Source of the DNA: Batkoa obscura | Taxonomy: Eukaryota | NCBI GenBank assembly: GCA_030770535.1 | Contig: JASVEC010000118.1 | Span: 1-47,972, forward strand | Length of the DNA stretch: 47,972 nucleotides | Reading direction: 5' to 3' | In this document: one piece after another, positions 25,193-37,710 of the stretch | How the letters are laid out: each line of letters begins with the position of its first letter | Numbering within the stretch: position 1 is the stretch's first letter | Notes under the pieces: generated by a model | The model's database searches: none | Told to the model about the DNA's origin: nothing | What the model saw: only the letters and a program-made list of their open reading frames with translations | Program-made: the position numbers and the translations under genes

Positions 25193-26427
25193 ATGATGAT
25201 AGGAAGATTAGGTGGTTATTTTACTATATGATATACCTGAATAAATTGACTATATTTTAAACGATTTGTCTTTTTTAATTTTTGTAAAATTAGATGTAAA
25301 ATGCTTTTATTGGTTTTGGCTATTAATGATAAGTGAGAACTATGAGAAATAAGACAGGAATGAAATTAGGAATAAAGAAACAACTGTGGCAAGGTTTGTT
25401 TGTCTTGAGAGTTTTATAATTAGAGTTGTTAAAAGTATGATAAAAGCAAAATCTTTTAATGTTAAAAAAAAGTGTAAACAAAGCTTATAAAAATTTTAAA
25501 GCTTTGAGTAATATTCAAAGGCTCAAACATCAACTATTTTTAGTACTTTGTTTGCATGAACAATTAACTGGATGTTTGATTTTTGTCTACTATATGTTAT
25601 TGAAACATTAGGCCATGTTTATCTTTATTATAGTAACAGTACATTTCTAGCTATGTATATAACTTTAGTTTTACAAAATAGGTACTTTATGATTTCCCTC
25701 TCCTTTTATTCGTATAGATTTATTTCAATACAATAAAACACTTGTCTACAAGAGTTCAAAGTTTCAGAATAAAAGCAGCCATCTTGAAATACTCTCAGAA
25801 ACTTATTTTGATCTTAGTTTTATATTAAAAATATCTTATCAGTATGTATATTCATATACCAACTATTTATATAGAGGAACAGAGTACTTTGACTAGAAAA
25901 AAGCCCTCTATATAAGATTTATGTCTAAAATGAAAATTATACTTGAGTTTTTATGTAGTATATGTTTTTGTTATAGTTTATTTTGTTTACGAATAGCTTT
26001 AAAGTTTTAAAAAATCAATTGATTCAATTCATTTCAGATCATTACGATAATTAGATACTTTATTGGACCACTATTAATATAATTTGTGATGAAATTTCAT
26101 ACAATTAATATTTCAAAATCAACTTAATAAAATATATATAATAAATAATATATATCTTATTAAATTAAAATAGAAAGAAATTAAAAATACTAATTATCAA
26201 TACTAATTATCGATTTATATAGTAAATTTCACTACAAAAAATTAATATAAGTTAATACAAATTTAGTGATAAAATTACTGATAATGTAAGTAATCAACAC
26301 AGAAAATATCAAATAAAACATTTGCTATGATAACCACATACAAGGAAAAGCTATATAAACCGAACCCCAACAAACAATAAATTACTAAAAAAAAGTATTT
26401 TGAATACTAAACAATACCACCTCCAAA

Positions 26428-27240
26428 ATGTTTAACAAACTATTCTTATCCTTAACTATTGCTTACCTTGTAAACTCTGCCCGTTTATTTGATATCAATC
26501 AACCAAATAACATCAGTTTGTCTGGTAACTTTGGACCTGGTTTTCAATCTGGAGCTGCTACTTGTGGAGGTATACCTTGTAACCAAATAGCTCAATCCCA
26601 GCCTCAACCTGAGCCCCAAACTTACCCTCAACCCCAACCTCAACCATGTCCTCAACCTGAGCCACAACCACAACCACAACCATGTCCTCAACCTGAACCA
26701 CAACCTCAACCATGTCCTCAACCTGAACCACAACCTCAACCATGTCCTCAACCTGAACCACAACCTCAACCATGTCCTCAACCATGTCCTCAACCTGAAC
26801 CACAACCTCAACCATGTCCTCGACCTGAACCACAGCCACAACCATGTCCTCAACCTGAACCACAACCTCAACCATGTCCTCAACCTGAACCACAGCCACA
26901 ACCATGTCCTCAACCTGAACCACAACCTCAACCATGTCCTCAACCTGAACCACAGCCACAACCATGTCCTCAACCTGAACCACAACCTCAACCATGCACA
27001 CAAACCGCTCAGCCCAGCCCAAACATTTATGTAAATCAAAACGTCAACGTCGAAGATAATAAAACTGAAGTTGAACAGGATCAACCAACTCCAATCTACG
27101 ACCAAGTGCAAGAGCCAATTCAAACACCTTGCGCGTCATGCGGTAATATGATGTATGGTTATGGTGGATGTCAATCATGTGGAGCAGTTGATGCTATGTT
27201 TCAAGGTATTGCTGGATTACGAGGTGGTTATGGTTTTTAA
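26428..27240 (+). CDS. Secreted Pro/Gln/Glu/Cys-repeat protein 2 (270 aa)
   Basis: Paralog of gene 1 with PQPEPQPQPC decamer repeats and the same N- and C-terminal blocks. Confidence 0.9.
   Translation: MFNKLFLSLTIAYLVNSARLFDINQPNNISLSGNFGPGFQSGAATCGGIPCNQIAQSQPQPEPQTYPQPQPQPCPQPEPQPQPQPCPQPEPQPQPCPQPEPQPQPCPQPEPQPQPCPQPCPQPEPQPQPCPRPEPQPQPCPQPEPQPQPCPQPEPQPQPCPQPEPQPQPCPQPEPQPQPCPQPEPQPQPCTQTAQPSPNIYVNQNVNVEDNKTEVEQDQPTPIYDQVQEPIQTPCASCGNMMYGYGGCQSCGAVDAMFQGIAGLRGGYGF
26598..27000 (+). repeat. Coding minisatellite, 30 nt unit
   Basis: CAACCTGAACCACAACCTCAACCATGTCCT tandem units. Confidence 0.9.
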
Positions 27241-27733
27241 AAATTGATAAGAAGTGTAAGAGAAACTTTTTGTCTTGATCGATAAAAATAAAATAAAATA
27301 TTTTATAACTAACTATTTTTATGTTGTTTGGGGTTAATATTCTATTATCTTTTTATCTAGTATTCTATTTGTGTTGCTTAACATTCGATTATTATGTTTA
27401 AAAAAGACAAAAATAAACCACAAATGCTCTTCTCAAAATCTTTTTTCTATACTTAAAAGATCCCTTATATTAATAATTTCCAATAAAATTTTGTTTAAGG
27501 ATAACTTAAAGTGTCTAAATCTTTTTTATTATTTATTAATACTATTATAAAATTTAAATATATTTTTATAATTTAGGTACTTCTTTTTTGCTACACATAC
27601 AGATTTAAGCTTTAATAAGTACTCATTTTATAATACTTTTAAATCGACAAGACAAATCAACATTTAATAAATCTCAATAATAAAATATCTCATCAATGAC
27701 TCTATGTATTCTACAATTGATTATTTACTATAT

Positions 27734-27830
27734 GGGGATGTATTTTTGTGTTCAAGAATTTTACCAACAAATTTTTCGCTTAAATAGTGCTTAAAAAATG
27801 GAAAGTAATGAAATTAAAAAAAACACTCCC
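27734..27830 (+). mobile_element. MITE copy 6
   Basis: GGGGATGTATTTTTGTG...AAAAACACTCCC, flanked by ATAT/ATAT. Confidence 0.85.
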
Positions 27831-28377
27831 ATATTTTTTACAAACTCTGAAACAGAGACTTCTGCTTCTATATGTAGAAATAATATTTAAAATTATATTC
27901 ATACTTTTATGCTACATAATAATTTTGAACTTTTAATAAGGTTTCTATAAAATTTGAGTGATTGAATTGATATTAATAAATATGGAAATATTAAAATTTA
28001 AATTTAAATTTAAACTAAACTAACTTATTTAATCACTTTTAAATAGGATTTGTGATCATATCTTAAATAGTTAATAATTTAAAGTTAACTTAATTACTAA
28101 GTATCTATTTTAGTATATTTAATTCATTGATTGAAGTATAAAACATACTAAAACTTATTACTTATCAATTCAATTAATAAATTTTAATACAAAATAGAAT
28201 AAAGTTAATATTAACTACATGATAAAATTATTAAAAACTTAAACTAATTCAAAAATCAATAAATGAAAACAATTTAGAAGCTCGAATATAACAAACTAAA
28301 ATATATAAAAACCACATCATATCCTTTAAAATCTCACTAAAAAAAGTGTTCTAATACTTAACAAACATTCTACAATA

Positions 28378-28956
28378 ATGTTCAACAAACTGTTTTTGTC
28401 CTTAACCATTGTTTACTTTGTAAACTGTACTTATTTAAATAATGTCCACCAACCATATAACATTAACTTAGCTGGTAATGTCAATCCAAGTGTTCAATCT
28501 GGTGCTGTAAATTATGGTGGTGGGGCTTACGGGCAAGGAGAACAACCTTGTCCACAAGAACAACAACCCTGTCCACAAGAACAACAACCCTGTCCACAAG
28601 AACAACAACCCTGTCCACAAGAACAACAACCCTGTCCACAAGAACAACAACCCTGTCCACAAGAACAACAACCCTGTCCTCAATCCACCAATCCAAACAT
28701 TTATGTAAATCAAAATGTTAACGTTAAAGGGGATAATGCTCAATATCAACAACCAGAGCAACAACCTCCTTATGAACAAGAACAACAGCCTCCTTGTGAA
28801 CAAGAACAACAGCCTCCTTGCGAGCAAGAACAACCTCCTTGTCCATCATGTGGGGGCTTATTTCATGGTTACGGTGGCTGTCAATCGTGTGGTGGGATGT
28901 TTCATGGGTTAGGGGGATACGGCGGGTATCGTGGATTTGGTGGGATCGGCTATTAA
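28378..28956 (+). CDS. Secreted Gln/Pro/Glu/Cys-repeat protein 3 (192 aa)
   Basis: Paralog with seven PCPQ(EQQ) units (21 nt), EQEQQPP(Y/C) units, PNIYVNQNVNV, PCPSCG..GYGGCQSCG and a Gly/Tyr-rich tail. Confidence 0.9.
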   Translation: MFNKLFLSLTIVYFVNCTYLNNVHQPYNINLAGNVNPSVQSGAVNYGGGAYGQGEQPCPQEQQPCPQEQQPCPQEQQPCPQEQQPCPQEQQPCPQEQQPCPQSTNPNIYVNQNVNVKGDNAQYQQPEQQPPYEQEQQPPCEQEQQPPCEQEQPPCPSCGGLFHGYGGCQSCGGMFHGLGGYGGYRGFGGIGY

Positions 28957-29664
28957 GTAACTACAAAGAGTTCAATTTTCTTTTCCTACAACTGAATAAA
29001 ATTTGTTATTTTTAACATACTCATAATTGATTTTTTATTATCGCTAAAATTTAAAAGTGCTATTTCTCATAAATTTTAGCTATTATTTATTCGTTTACTT
29101 TTTTTGGTGGTAGTCATGAAGGATAGGAACTTTCTTCAAATTTTGATTCGTTTTGGTAAAGAATTAAGTTTTAGATAATAAGTGAACATAAGCTGATTAA
29201 ACCGTTTTAATTAATCAAGAGCTAAACCCGAACTCTAATACTAATACTAATACTAGCATTTACCATACACATGTTATTTTCTAAACTTTTAAGCTTCTTG
29301 ATTGTTTTTTTCGATTAGCACTTTTTCTAACTATAGAAATAAATAAATTTTGCAAGGGTTAAACAGAAAAGGTTTTTTACTCTTAACTTCTGATTTTTCT
29401 TTTTTAAAGCCTAGAGCCTTTAAACTTTAGTAAATTTATGGCTAAAGGTTTATTAAATTATTACCTAAATATTGCACAATTGAACTTTAATTTTGACATT
29501 TTGCTACTTCATAAATAAATTCCAAGGTTTCAAATATAGTAAGTGAAAATGAATAAAGTTATTTTTTTGATAAAAATTTAATCATTTGTAGTATTTATTT
29601 CATTATTATTAAATTTAGGCTTAATATAAGAATTAATTCAATTTTTAGACAAGAATAAGTAGGG

Positions 29665-32600
29665 ATGAGTACAAATTCTAATAAATCAAATAAACCAAGT
29701 TCTCGTACTGGATTTTTAGGTTTAATTAAAGAAGGTAAGATAATTAAAAACTTGGTACGTTTTCAATTTACATCTTAAAGCTAACCATTTCTTGTTTCCC
29801 ATTCAGAACCTGAAACCGATTCATCAATAAAGGATATTGATTCCACTTTTACAGCTTCCAGAAATACGATGAAATTAAGTACAATACAAAGAAATTCCAC
29901 TGCATCTTCAAAATCAAATAGAAAATCTATAGATGGAACCACTTTAAAACAGGCACCAATAGCATTTCAAAAGAACACCAGTAGCAATAATCTCAAACTT
30001 TCAGTGCCTAACTCGCCATTGATGGAAAAAGATAATTCAGATAAAAAGGTAAAGTTTCCAAGTCCATTGTTATCAGAGGATAAAAGCAGAAGAACAGAGG
30101 AGCAGATTCCTACTTATAATTTATGGGTTCATGACGATAAGTTTAGTAAAAATGAAGTGGTTTTAAATCCAGATTATTTCCCAACAATACAACCAAATGA
30201 TTTAATTAGGATTTATCATCCAGAAAAAAGTAATGGTAAAAACATTAATGCAAAAGGGAATGGAAATAGTGAGTTTTAATAATTAGTTATAAAAAGAATC
30301 TTGTTTATTAAGATATGAAATAGAAGAGAAAACGATTCATAATGAATTAATTATTATGGCTTCTTCATTAGATAAAAATATATTATCAAAACAACCTTTG
30401 TTACAATTATCGATTTCTAATGCTATTGCTAATACATTTGCTTTAAAAAATAGAACTAGTGTCATTGTTGAAAAGGTAAAGTTAAAAGAAAAGAATTTAA
30501 ATAATATTATTTATCAACCTTTTTAATTTAAAGGTAGAAAAAGGACAAGTAACAGCAGATTACGTTGAAATAGGATTTAAAGATCAATATTTAGGACGAA
30601 ATGATATGTGGCGATTAAAAATGAGTTTATTACATAGCAGTGTTCATGTAGGAAAAAAAATAGTGTATGCAGGATGTATTAGAGTACAAATTAAAAATAT
30701 AATTATATCAGAAGAGGAATATAGTTGTGGGTTTATTGATAAAAATACCAAACTAATCTTTCGATCAGAATCAGCAAGATATTATCTATTTATTCAAATG
30801 AGTTCGGAGTTGTTCGATTTTGAAGAAGACGGCTTTTTATATTCCGAAAAAATATTAGATGGTTTTTTACCTGATTTAATGGATCGTTGGAAAAAATTAG
30901 GAACTAATCATGTAGTTAGTATTATTTTATTTAATCGTATGTTTTATACAGCTGAACAAGCCGAATTAGTTAATGCAGAACAATGAATCGAGTGGTCAAT
31001 ACTTTAAAGATTATTATAAAGTAGTAGTAGATTTTGAAACTCGAAATGAATGGAGTAGTTTAATTAAACAAATTAAATTAGAATTTATGTACTATTTAAA
31101 AAATATAATGGAAGTTCAAAATGACAATAAAATTGATATTATTGGTCAAAATTCAAAGAGTGGTAATGGGAATTTATTAGAAGCATTGAATTTAGCATTA
31201 AATGGATTTGATCGTCATTATGTAGATAGGGATTTAATTCGTACTGGGTTATGTGTAATGGTAGTTACTCCTAATAATGGATTATTTCAAGTAGATAAAA
31301 AATTATTAAGGATGACATTTGAAAGAATGAATGATAATGGAATATCATTAGATTTAGTTTGTCTATCTAAACCACCTTATCATATAACTCCATTATTTCA
31401 ATTTCAATCAAAAATACCATCCACTAATATTAATATCAATAATAACAGTAGTAATAATAATAGTAATAATAACATTAAATTAGATCGATTGAGTATTGGA
31501 ACAGATAATAGCAAATCAAATCGACAAGATTTGTTTGATACAAGACAAAATGATTTAAAATTAGAAAATCGAGATTTACTATTTTTAGATGAAGATGAAT
31601 ATTTAGATAATAATAAGGAATTTAGTTATTTTGCTATTCCTCATTGGGTGGAAATTAGTTATTATAATTATACTAATTTATCTTTAAATAATAATAATAA
31701 CTTTATACCTCGTTGTAAATTACCTACTTTACAAAGTATTGGTATTCATGGGGAATCTAAATCTATTTTTCCAATTCCTTATCTTAATTTTAATACCAAA
31801 GATATAAGTAATAGTTTAATACTAAGTAAAACTAATTTATTAACGAATTCAAATTCAAATTCAAATTCAAATGAATTGAATCAAATTACTGTTAAATCAA
31901 CGGATAATTTATTTCATGATAAAGAATATGAACAAAATAATAATAACAATCAAAATAGTAATGACAATGATAATGATAATAATAACCAAAACAATAATAA
32001 TAATAATTGCTCTTTATTAAAATATCAATCTTTTTATGAACAATATGATTCTCAAATATTTTGTGGAACAGATAAACGAAAAATAAGGATTAAATCTCAT
32101 CTTAGAACAATTAATAATAATTATAACAACAATAAAGAATTAAATATCGATAGTAAATCAGAGCAAAAACTATCACCTAATTTGATTAATGAAAAAGAAG
32201 CATTAAGGAGTTTAGAAGAAAAAATAAATTTATTAAATTTAGATTCTTTATCTTCACCAATTTCTCGTAGTTTACCTAGGTCAATGACTATCAATGATGT
32301 AATGAAACAACACAATAACTCCCCTCATTCCAATAATAGCAATTTGTTAAATAGAAATAATAATATTAATAATAATTTATTAGATAATAATAATAATTTG
32401 TTAAACAACATAAATAATATTAATAATAAATCAACATTAATAACAAATAGTAAACCAATGCCAATTGTATCTTTTAAAAGACCAGAACCAAGAAGTTTTC
32501 ATACATCACCAAAAGAAAGTTATAATGGTTCTTATAGATCTTCACCTGTTAGTGAAACATATAAATTTTTAGGAAAAATGTCACCAAAAATTAATAATCC

Positions 32601-33456
32601 ACGTAATCTAGATCAACAAATTATATTAAATCCATGTAATATAACTAAAAATAATTTACCAATAACTAATCCTATGGGAAGATGGCGGCATATTTATTTA
32701 AAAAGCAATTTTAAAGAAACAACTAAATGGATCTCTTTATGTTCTCCTGCTGTTTACCTTTAACTACAGATTCTTTTCCTACATTAGATGAATTATCTGA
32801 ATCTTATCAAGAATATACTTATACGGTTTCCCCTAATGATGAGAATTTAGATTATAACCGAGAAAAAGAAGTTATAAAATATAATGTAATTTTATTTTTA
32901 AAAGAGTTAATTAGTCAAAGATTAGCTCAAGGTTTTCAATTAATTGTATTTGATAATCATAATGATTTAAACAAACCTCAAAAAGTAGTTAGTGGATTTC
33001 AACCTGATGAAGATAATATCAAATTATTTAATAATAATAATAGTAATTTATTAAATAATAATAATAATAATAATATAAATATTAGTAATAATAACAATAG
33101 TAATAACAATGATCAATTTAATTTATCGGACACAATAAATTATACGCAACCAACTTATCTTAGTATGGGTAACCATATCCATCGATTAACATATGATCCA
33201 TCTGGACAAAATATTGAAGTTAAAAGATATGTAAGAAGAATACAACATTCAACAAGAGCAATTAAATATATTGGAGAAATATGGCCAAAAACAGGAAATT
33301 CATATACAAGAAGAGAAATCGTATTTTCATATCCTAATTTAAATGCTTATAATTGGAATTATTTAGATCATTTAATATCTGGTTATCAAGAAGAAATTAC
33401 TGAAGGTTTAAGATTTTGGAGAGCAAGATTTGCTTTATTACCTATTGATTGTACTA

Positions 33457-33487
<31 letters not shown>

Positions 33488-33573
33488 CCAATTAGATGAT
33501 GAAGAATTTAGATTAACTTGTTTTTCTAAATTTTTAGAACAATTTCAAAAAGTAATGAAACAATCTAACAGCG

Positions 33574-33608
<35 letters not shown>

Positions 33609-35165
33609 CTACAAAAAAAAGGATTAGAAACTAGTATAAATCAATTAAATATTCAATTTACAACATTAACACCAAGTGCCTATTTAAGAAGTGAAGCTAG
33701 AAAAATGAAAAATACAATTATTAAAAGAAGAGGCGGATTCCATTTAATGAATTCATCAGACAAATTAAGCAAAGAATCTAAGTTAAGTTCAATTGCTCAA
33801 GCAATGCAAAATAATCAAAGTACTTTAAAAATAATGGATCGTCGATGGCATTTAATTAATTATGAAAATTGTATGGTTGGTAATGAAATTGTAGATTGGA
33901 TAATAAGAAATATAAATAATATCAATACTCGAGAAGAAGCTGTTAAATTTGGAAATGATTTGATGAAAAGAGGTTTATTTATTCATTGTAGAAAACATCA
34001 TTCTTTTTTAGATGGACATTTCTTTTATATATTTACTAACAACTATTGTTTATCAAATAATAATCAAAATAATAGTCAAAATAAAACTAATTTATCTTGG
34101 TTTAGAAATACCAGACCTAATTCATCAAGTTCAAATGATCATAATAATAACAATAATATAAATAATAACAATAATAATATAAATAATACAAATGATAGTA
34201 ACACAAATAATAATCATACAAATAACAATCATATATTAAATTTAGATAATAATCCTATGGATTTACAAGATAATAATCAAATAATAATTAATTTATCACA
34301 AAGTGTAACAATTGATTTAGACATAAATAAAAAATCTAGTCGAGAAGAAATATGTTATTTACATTATGATTCAATTTATAATATTAATTTAGCCTATCAT
34401 TTCCAAATTCATTGGTTAGGATGTACTTCTAGATTAATTGAAGATTTATTACAAACTTGGTCAAGAGTTGCAGAAAAATGTCATCTGAAATTGATTGAAA
34501 CACCTGTTTCTCAAACCCCATTAATTTCTAATGAGTATCCATTTCGTTGTCCAATTATTATAAATTATAGTTTAAATCCACCTAATTTAATATCAATTAC
34601 ACAACACCTAATTATACCTGGTATTAAAGCAGCTATACCTGATAATTTTTTTAGTAGATTAGTAATGAAAAAATTTAATTTTGTTCTAGATGTAGAACAA
34701 GATAATTATTTAAGTCATTCACAAGTTAAAGCTACTTATTCATATACTAAAAGCAATTATGAAAGAACTCAATATATGCATCCATCTGGTATGATTTTAA
34801 TTCAACTATTACCCAATCAATCTGGGTTTTTATTTGAAATTAATCGATTAAATAATAATAATTTAATTAAAAATAATACACCTAATTTAACAGAACAGGT
34901 ATTAAATGAGTTGACTTCTTTTTGTAATAATAAACAACAATTAAATGAATTATGGAATTATGGGATTGATTTGTTAAGGACTAGATCTGGGTTTGAAACT
35001 ATTTTAGATGATTTAAAAGATGATATACTACCACTTTTAAATTTACAATTTCCTAATATCGAAAATCTACCCATTTCCACTCCTAATACTCCTAATTTAT
35101 TACCTTTGAAACCAAATCCTATGCTAACTCCACCACCCGCTAATAAAAATATACCAGAAGAATAA
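29665..35165 (+). CDS. IML1: GATOR1/SEACIT subunit IML1 (DEPDC5/Sea1), multi-exon, two apparent frameshifts
   Basis: YNLWVHD, FKDQYLGRNDMWRL, IFRSESARYYLFIQMSSE, GNLLEALNLALN.FDRHYVDRDL.RTG, LPLTTD.FP, ELISQRLAQGFQL, YNWNYLD, DEP domain (IMDRRWH..CMVGNEIVDWI) and HFQIHWLGCT. Start codon tentative. Confidence 0.93.
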
Positions 35166-35276
35166 ATAACAATCTTTATAGTAAATAAATTAAATAAAAA
35201 ACTGATTCTATTATTGTTTATTCGTATTATTTTATTTTATTTTTATTTGTGTTATTTTATTTTGTTTTGTTGTATT

Positions 35277-36573
35277 TTATTGAGTAAATTGATTTTCTAA
35301 TAATAAATGTTGAATTTGCAATAAATAATTGGACCAAATTTGCATAATTTCATGATTAGGTTGGATAAAACAAGAGATTAAATAAGTGTATAAGAATTTA
35401 ATACTCATCTGTAATTGTCTCATTTCTTGTTGGTTGCTATGACACTTCATTTGACTCACTTTATATAATTCTTTTAATAAAACATAAAACTCATTATCTT
35501 CTTGGTTTTTTATTTCCAGATCTACTTCTACTATTGATACTAACTTCTTTTTCTTTAATTTATGAAAACATCGACTAAATACTAAACTAACATCCTTCCA
35601 TCCTAAATATACTGTCTCTCTATTTTCTAACAAGTTGATACACTCTGGATTAGTTAGTAAATAATGATGCAATTCCATTAAATTAAATTGATGATCTTTT
35701 TTTAGAATTGTTGGTAATAGGGGTAAGAGTATATTTTCTATCTGATTTTGCTTCAAATCACCCCCAAATAATCGATAAGTTATAAAATAAGTATAAGCTA
35801 AATTAATTACTTTAATCATAATAATTGAATGATTTAAGTTTAATGGCAACTTCACTGGCTGAATATCAATTAAATTATTTCTTTTTTTAAATCTAATCTC
35901 AGCTTCTTTAGATTCCCACCAAGGCAAATCAAATTCTATTATATCACCAATATTTTCTTTGTTTTTTATTAATTGTTGGAATTCATCTCTTTCTTTTTCG
36001 CTTAATTCATTCCATATTTCATCATAAGTTAATTCATCTAAATTCTTTCCTTCAAATTTATCAAAAATTTCTTCTTCTTTATATAAAAACATCAATAATT
36101 AAAACAAATATTTCTTATTGTAATTAGTACAATTAAGTTACCTTCTCCTCCATTCAAAAAATAGTTTTCTAAGTCTTTCATATCAATTTCCTTATCCATA
36201 CTTTGTTCTTCAAACCTTCTTAATAATTTAATCATCTTTTCTTTTTCTTCTTCATCAATAGTTAATCCTTGAAAACCTTCTTCTACCTGTTGTTGATAAA
36301 ATTTTTCAGAACATTGAAGATGTTTCTAATATACATTAATATTTTATAATTAAAAACAATAATTGTTAAAAAAAGAGACTTACCTCATTTCTATAGCAAG
36401 TTAAACTGCAATACATTATTTTACATTTTGGACAAGAATAATTTCCTTTCGATTTAAAACATCTAAAAATAACTATTGTTAAATAATTTTTATTATTACT
36501 AGTCTATATTATCCTACATTCTACATTGTTTATCTTCTTTATTATCGTTATTGGTATTAATTTCGCTAATCAT
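35277..36573 (-). CDS. Zinc finger HIT domain protein (ZNHIT2-like), multi-exon
   Basis: Spliced N-terminus CRIC...YSCPKCKIMYCSLTCYRNEKHLQCSEKFYQQQV, then KMIKLLRRFEEQ and IWNELSEKERDEF..LPWW. Confidence 0.82.
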
Positions 36574-36604
36574 TTTTATCGAAAATTAAGTTAATATTAA
36601 TAAT

Positions 36605-36841
36605 CCAATCACTTGATTACTTAATTTCAAGCCATGTAATGGGAGTCACAAGCCAAGTCATTATCGACCAATTAATATTGAATTATTTCCAAGATTCACT
36701 TCTAATTCATTAGTCTTGGCCAATCATTATAAAAACTGTAACATTACCCCACCAATAATATCATCACTTTCATCATCTTACAATATTTAAAGTATAAAAG
36801 AGTGGAATTCCATTGGACCAACTCTTATACTGTCTACCAAT
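36605..36841. promoter_or_regulatory. Cluster of six CCAAT boxes in the divergent ZNHIT2/NF-YC promoter
   Basis: CCAAT at 36605, 36668, 36720, 36752 and 36837; ATTGG at 36812. Confidence 0.55.
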
Positions 36842-36851
36842 CAAAACTTGA

Positions 36852-37445
36852 ATGAACAATATGAACCCAGCTGGCTTTGTATCTAAAGGGCATACACTCC
36901 AATATCTATTACAACAATTTTGGGGGCACGAATATGAAGCAGCACATTACTGTGATTTGGATCCTAAAACACAGCCATTGCCCTTAGCAAGAATTAAAAA
37001 AGTTATGAAAAGCGATCGTGAAGTTAAAATGATTTCCAGTGAAGCGCCTATTTTATTCGCTAAAGCATGTGAAATTTTTATTAGTGAAATAACGATCCGC
37101 GCTTGGCAACATGCGGAAGAGAATAGAAGAAGAACTTTACAAAGAAGCGATGTGAGTGCTGCCTTAGCTCGATCGGATCAATTTGATTTTTTAATCGATT
37201 TATTACCAAGAGATGATTATATTCGTCCAGATCCTCACCTTCCTCAAAATAATCAAAATTTGTCATTTAATGCTTTAGCTAATGATCCCAAGTTTCATTC
37301 TCTTATGGCCGCTAGTTATCAGAATACTCCACTCTTGGTGTCCCCAGCTATTGAAGCACCAATTTCTAATTCAACTACTAAAAAAGAGCCAGCGAATAGA
37401 AATGTCCAGTTTCATCAGGGTAATCAACACCAGGCGCAAAATTAA
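36852..37445 (+). CDS. HAP5: CCAAT-binding factor subunit NF-YC / Hap5
   Basis: Histone fold LPLARIKKVMKSD.EVKMISSEAPILFAKACEIFISEITIRAW.HAEENRRRTLQRSDV..FDFLIDLLPR. Confidence 0.95.
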   Translation: MNNMNPAGFVSKGHTLQYLLQQFWGHEYEAAHYCDLDPKTQPLPLARIKKVMKSDREVKMISSEAPILFAKACEIFISEITIRAWQHAEENRRRTLQRSDVSAALARSDQFDFLIDLLPRDDYIRPDPHLPQNNQNLSFNALANDPKFHSLMAASYQNTPLLVSPAIEAPISNSTTKKEPANRNVQFHQGNQHQAQN

Positions 37446-37710
37446 ATAGGATCAGGAAAATGAACGCTTATTTTTATATTAATAAAGGAAATTAAGATTA
37501 TTTAATGAATTTTTTATGGCGGATGTTTTGATTTTTCGAATATTTTTAATAGTATTGAAACATCATCTTTAATGTTGGAATATTTGAATATTTTTGAGTG
37601 GAATAGCCAATGAGATATTGTTTCAAATATGAAATTGTGTTAAGGATTTTTAAGTTCAAAATCTAAGAACTTTTTTTATTAATAAAGAAATCAAATATCA
37701 AATATTAACA

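Noticed and set aside
24593..28683. Tandem repeats resembling a CRISPR array
   Set aside because: No unique spacers, the repeats are in-frame coding, the context is eukaryotic and there are no cas genes.
24470..28912. Antisense and alternative-frame ORFs rich in LRLWF, VEVVVQ or HKNNNP
   Set aside because: Shadows of the coding minisatellites; only the + frame has signal peptides and conserved flanks.
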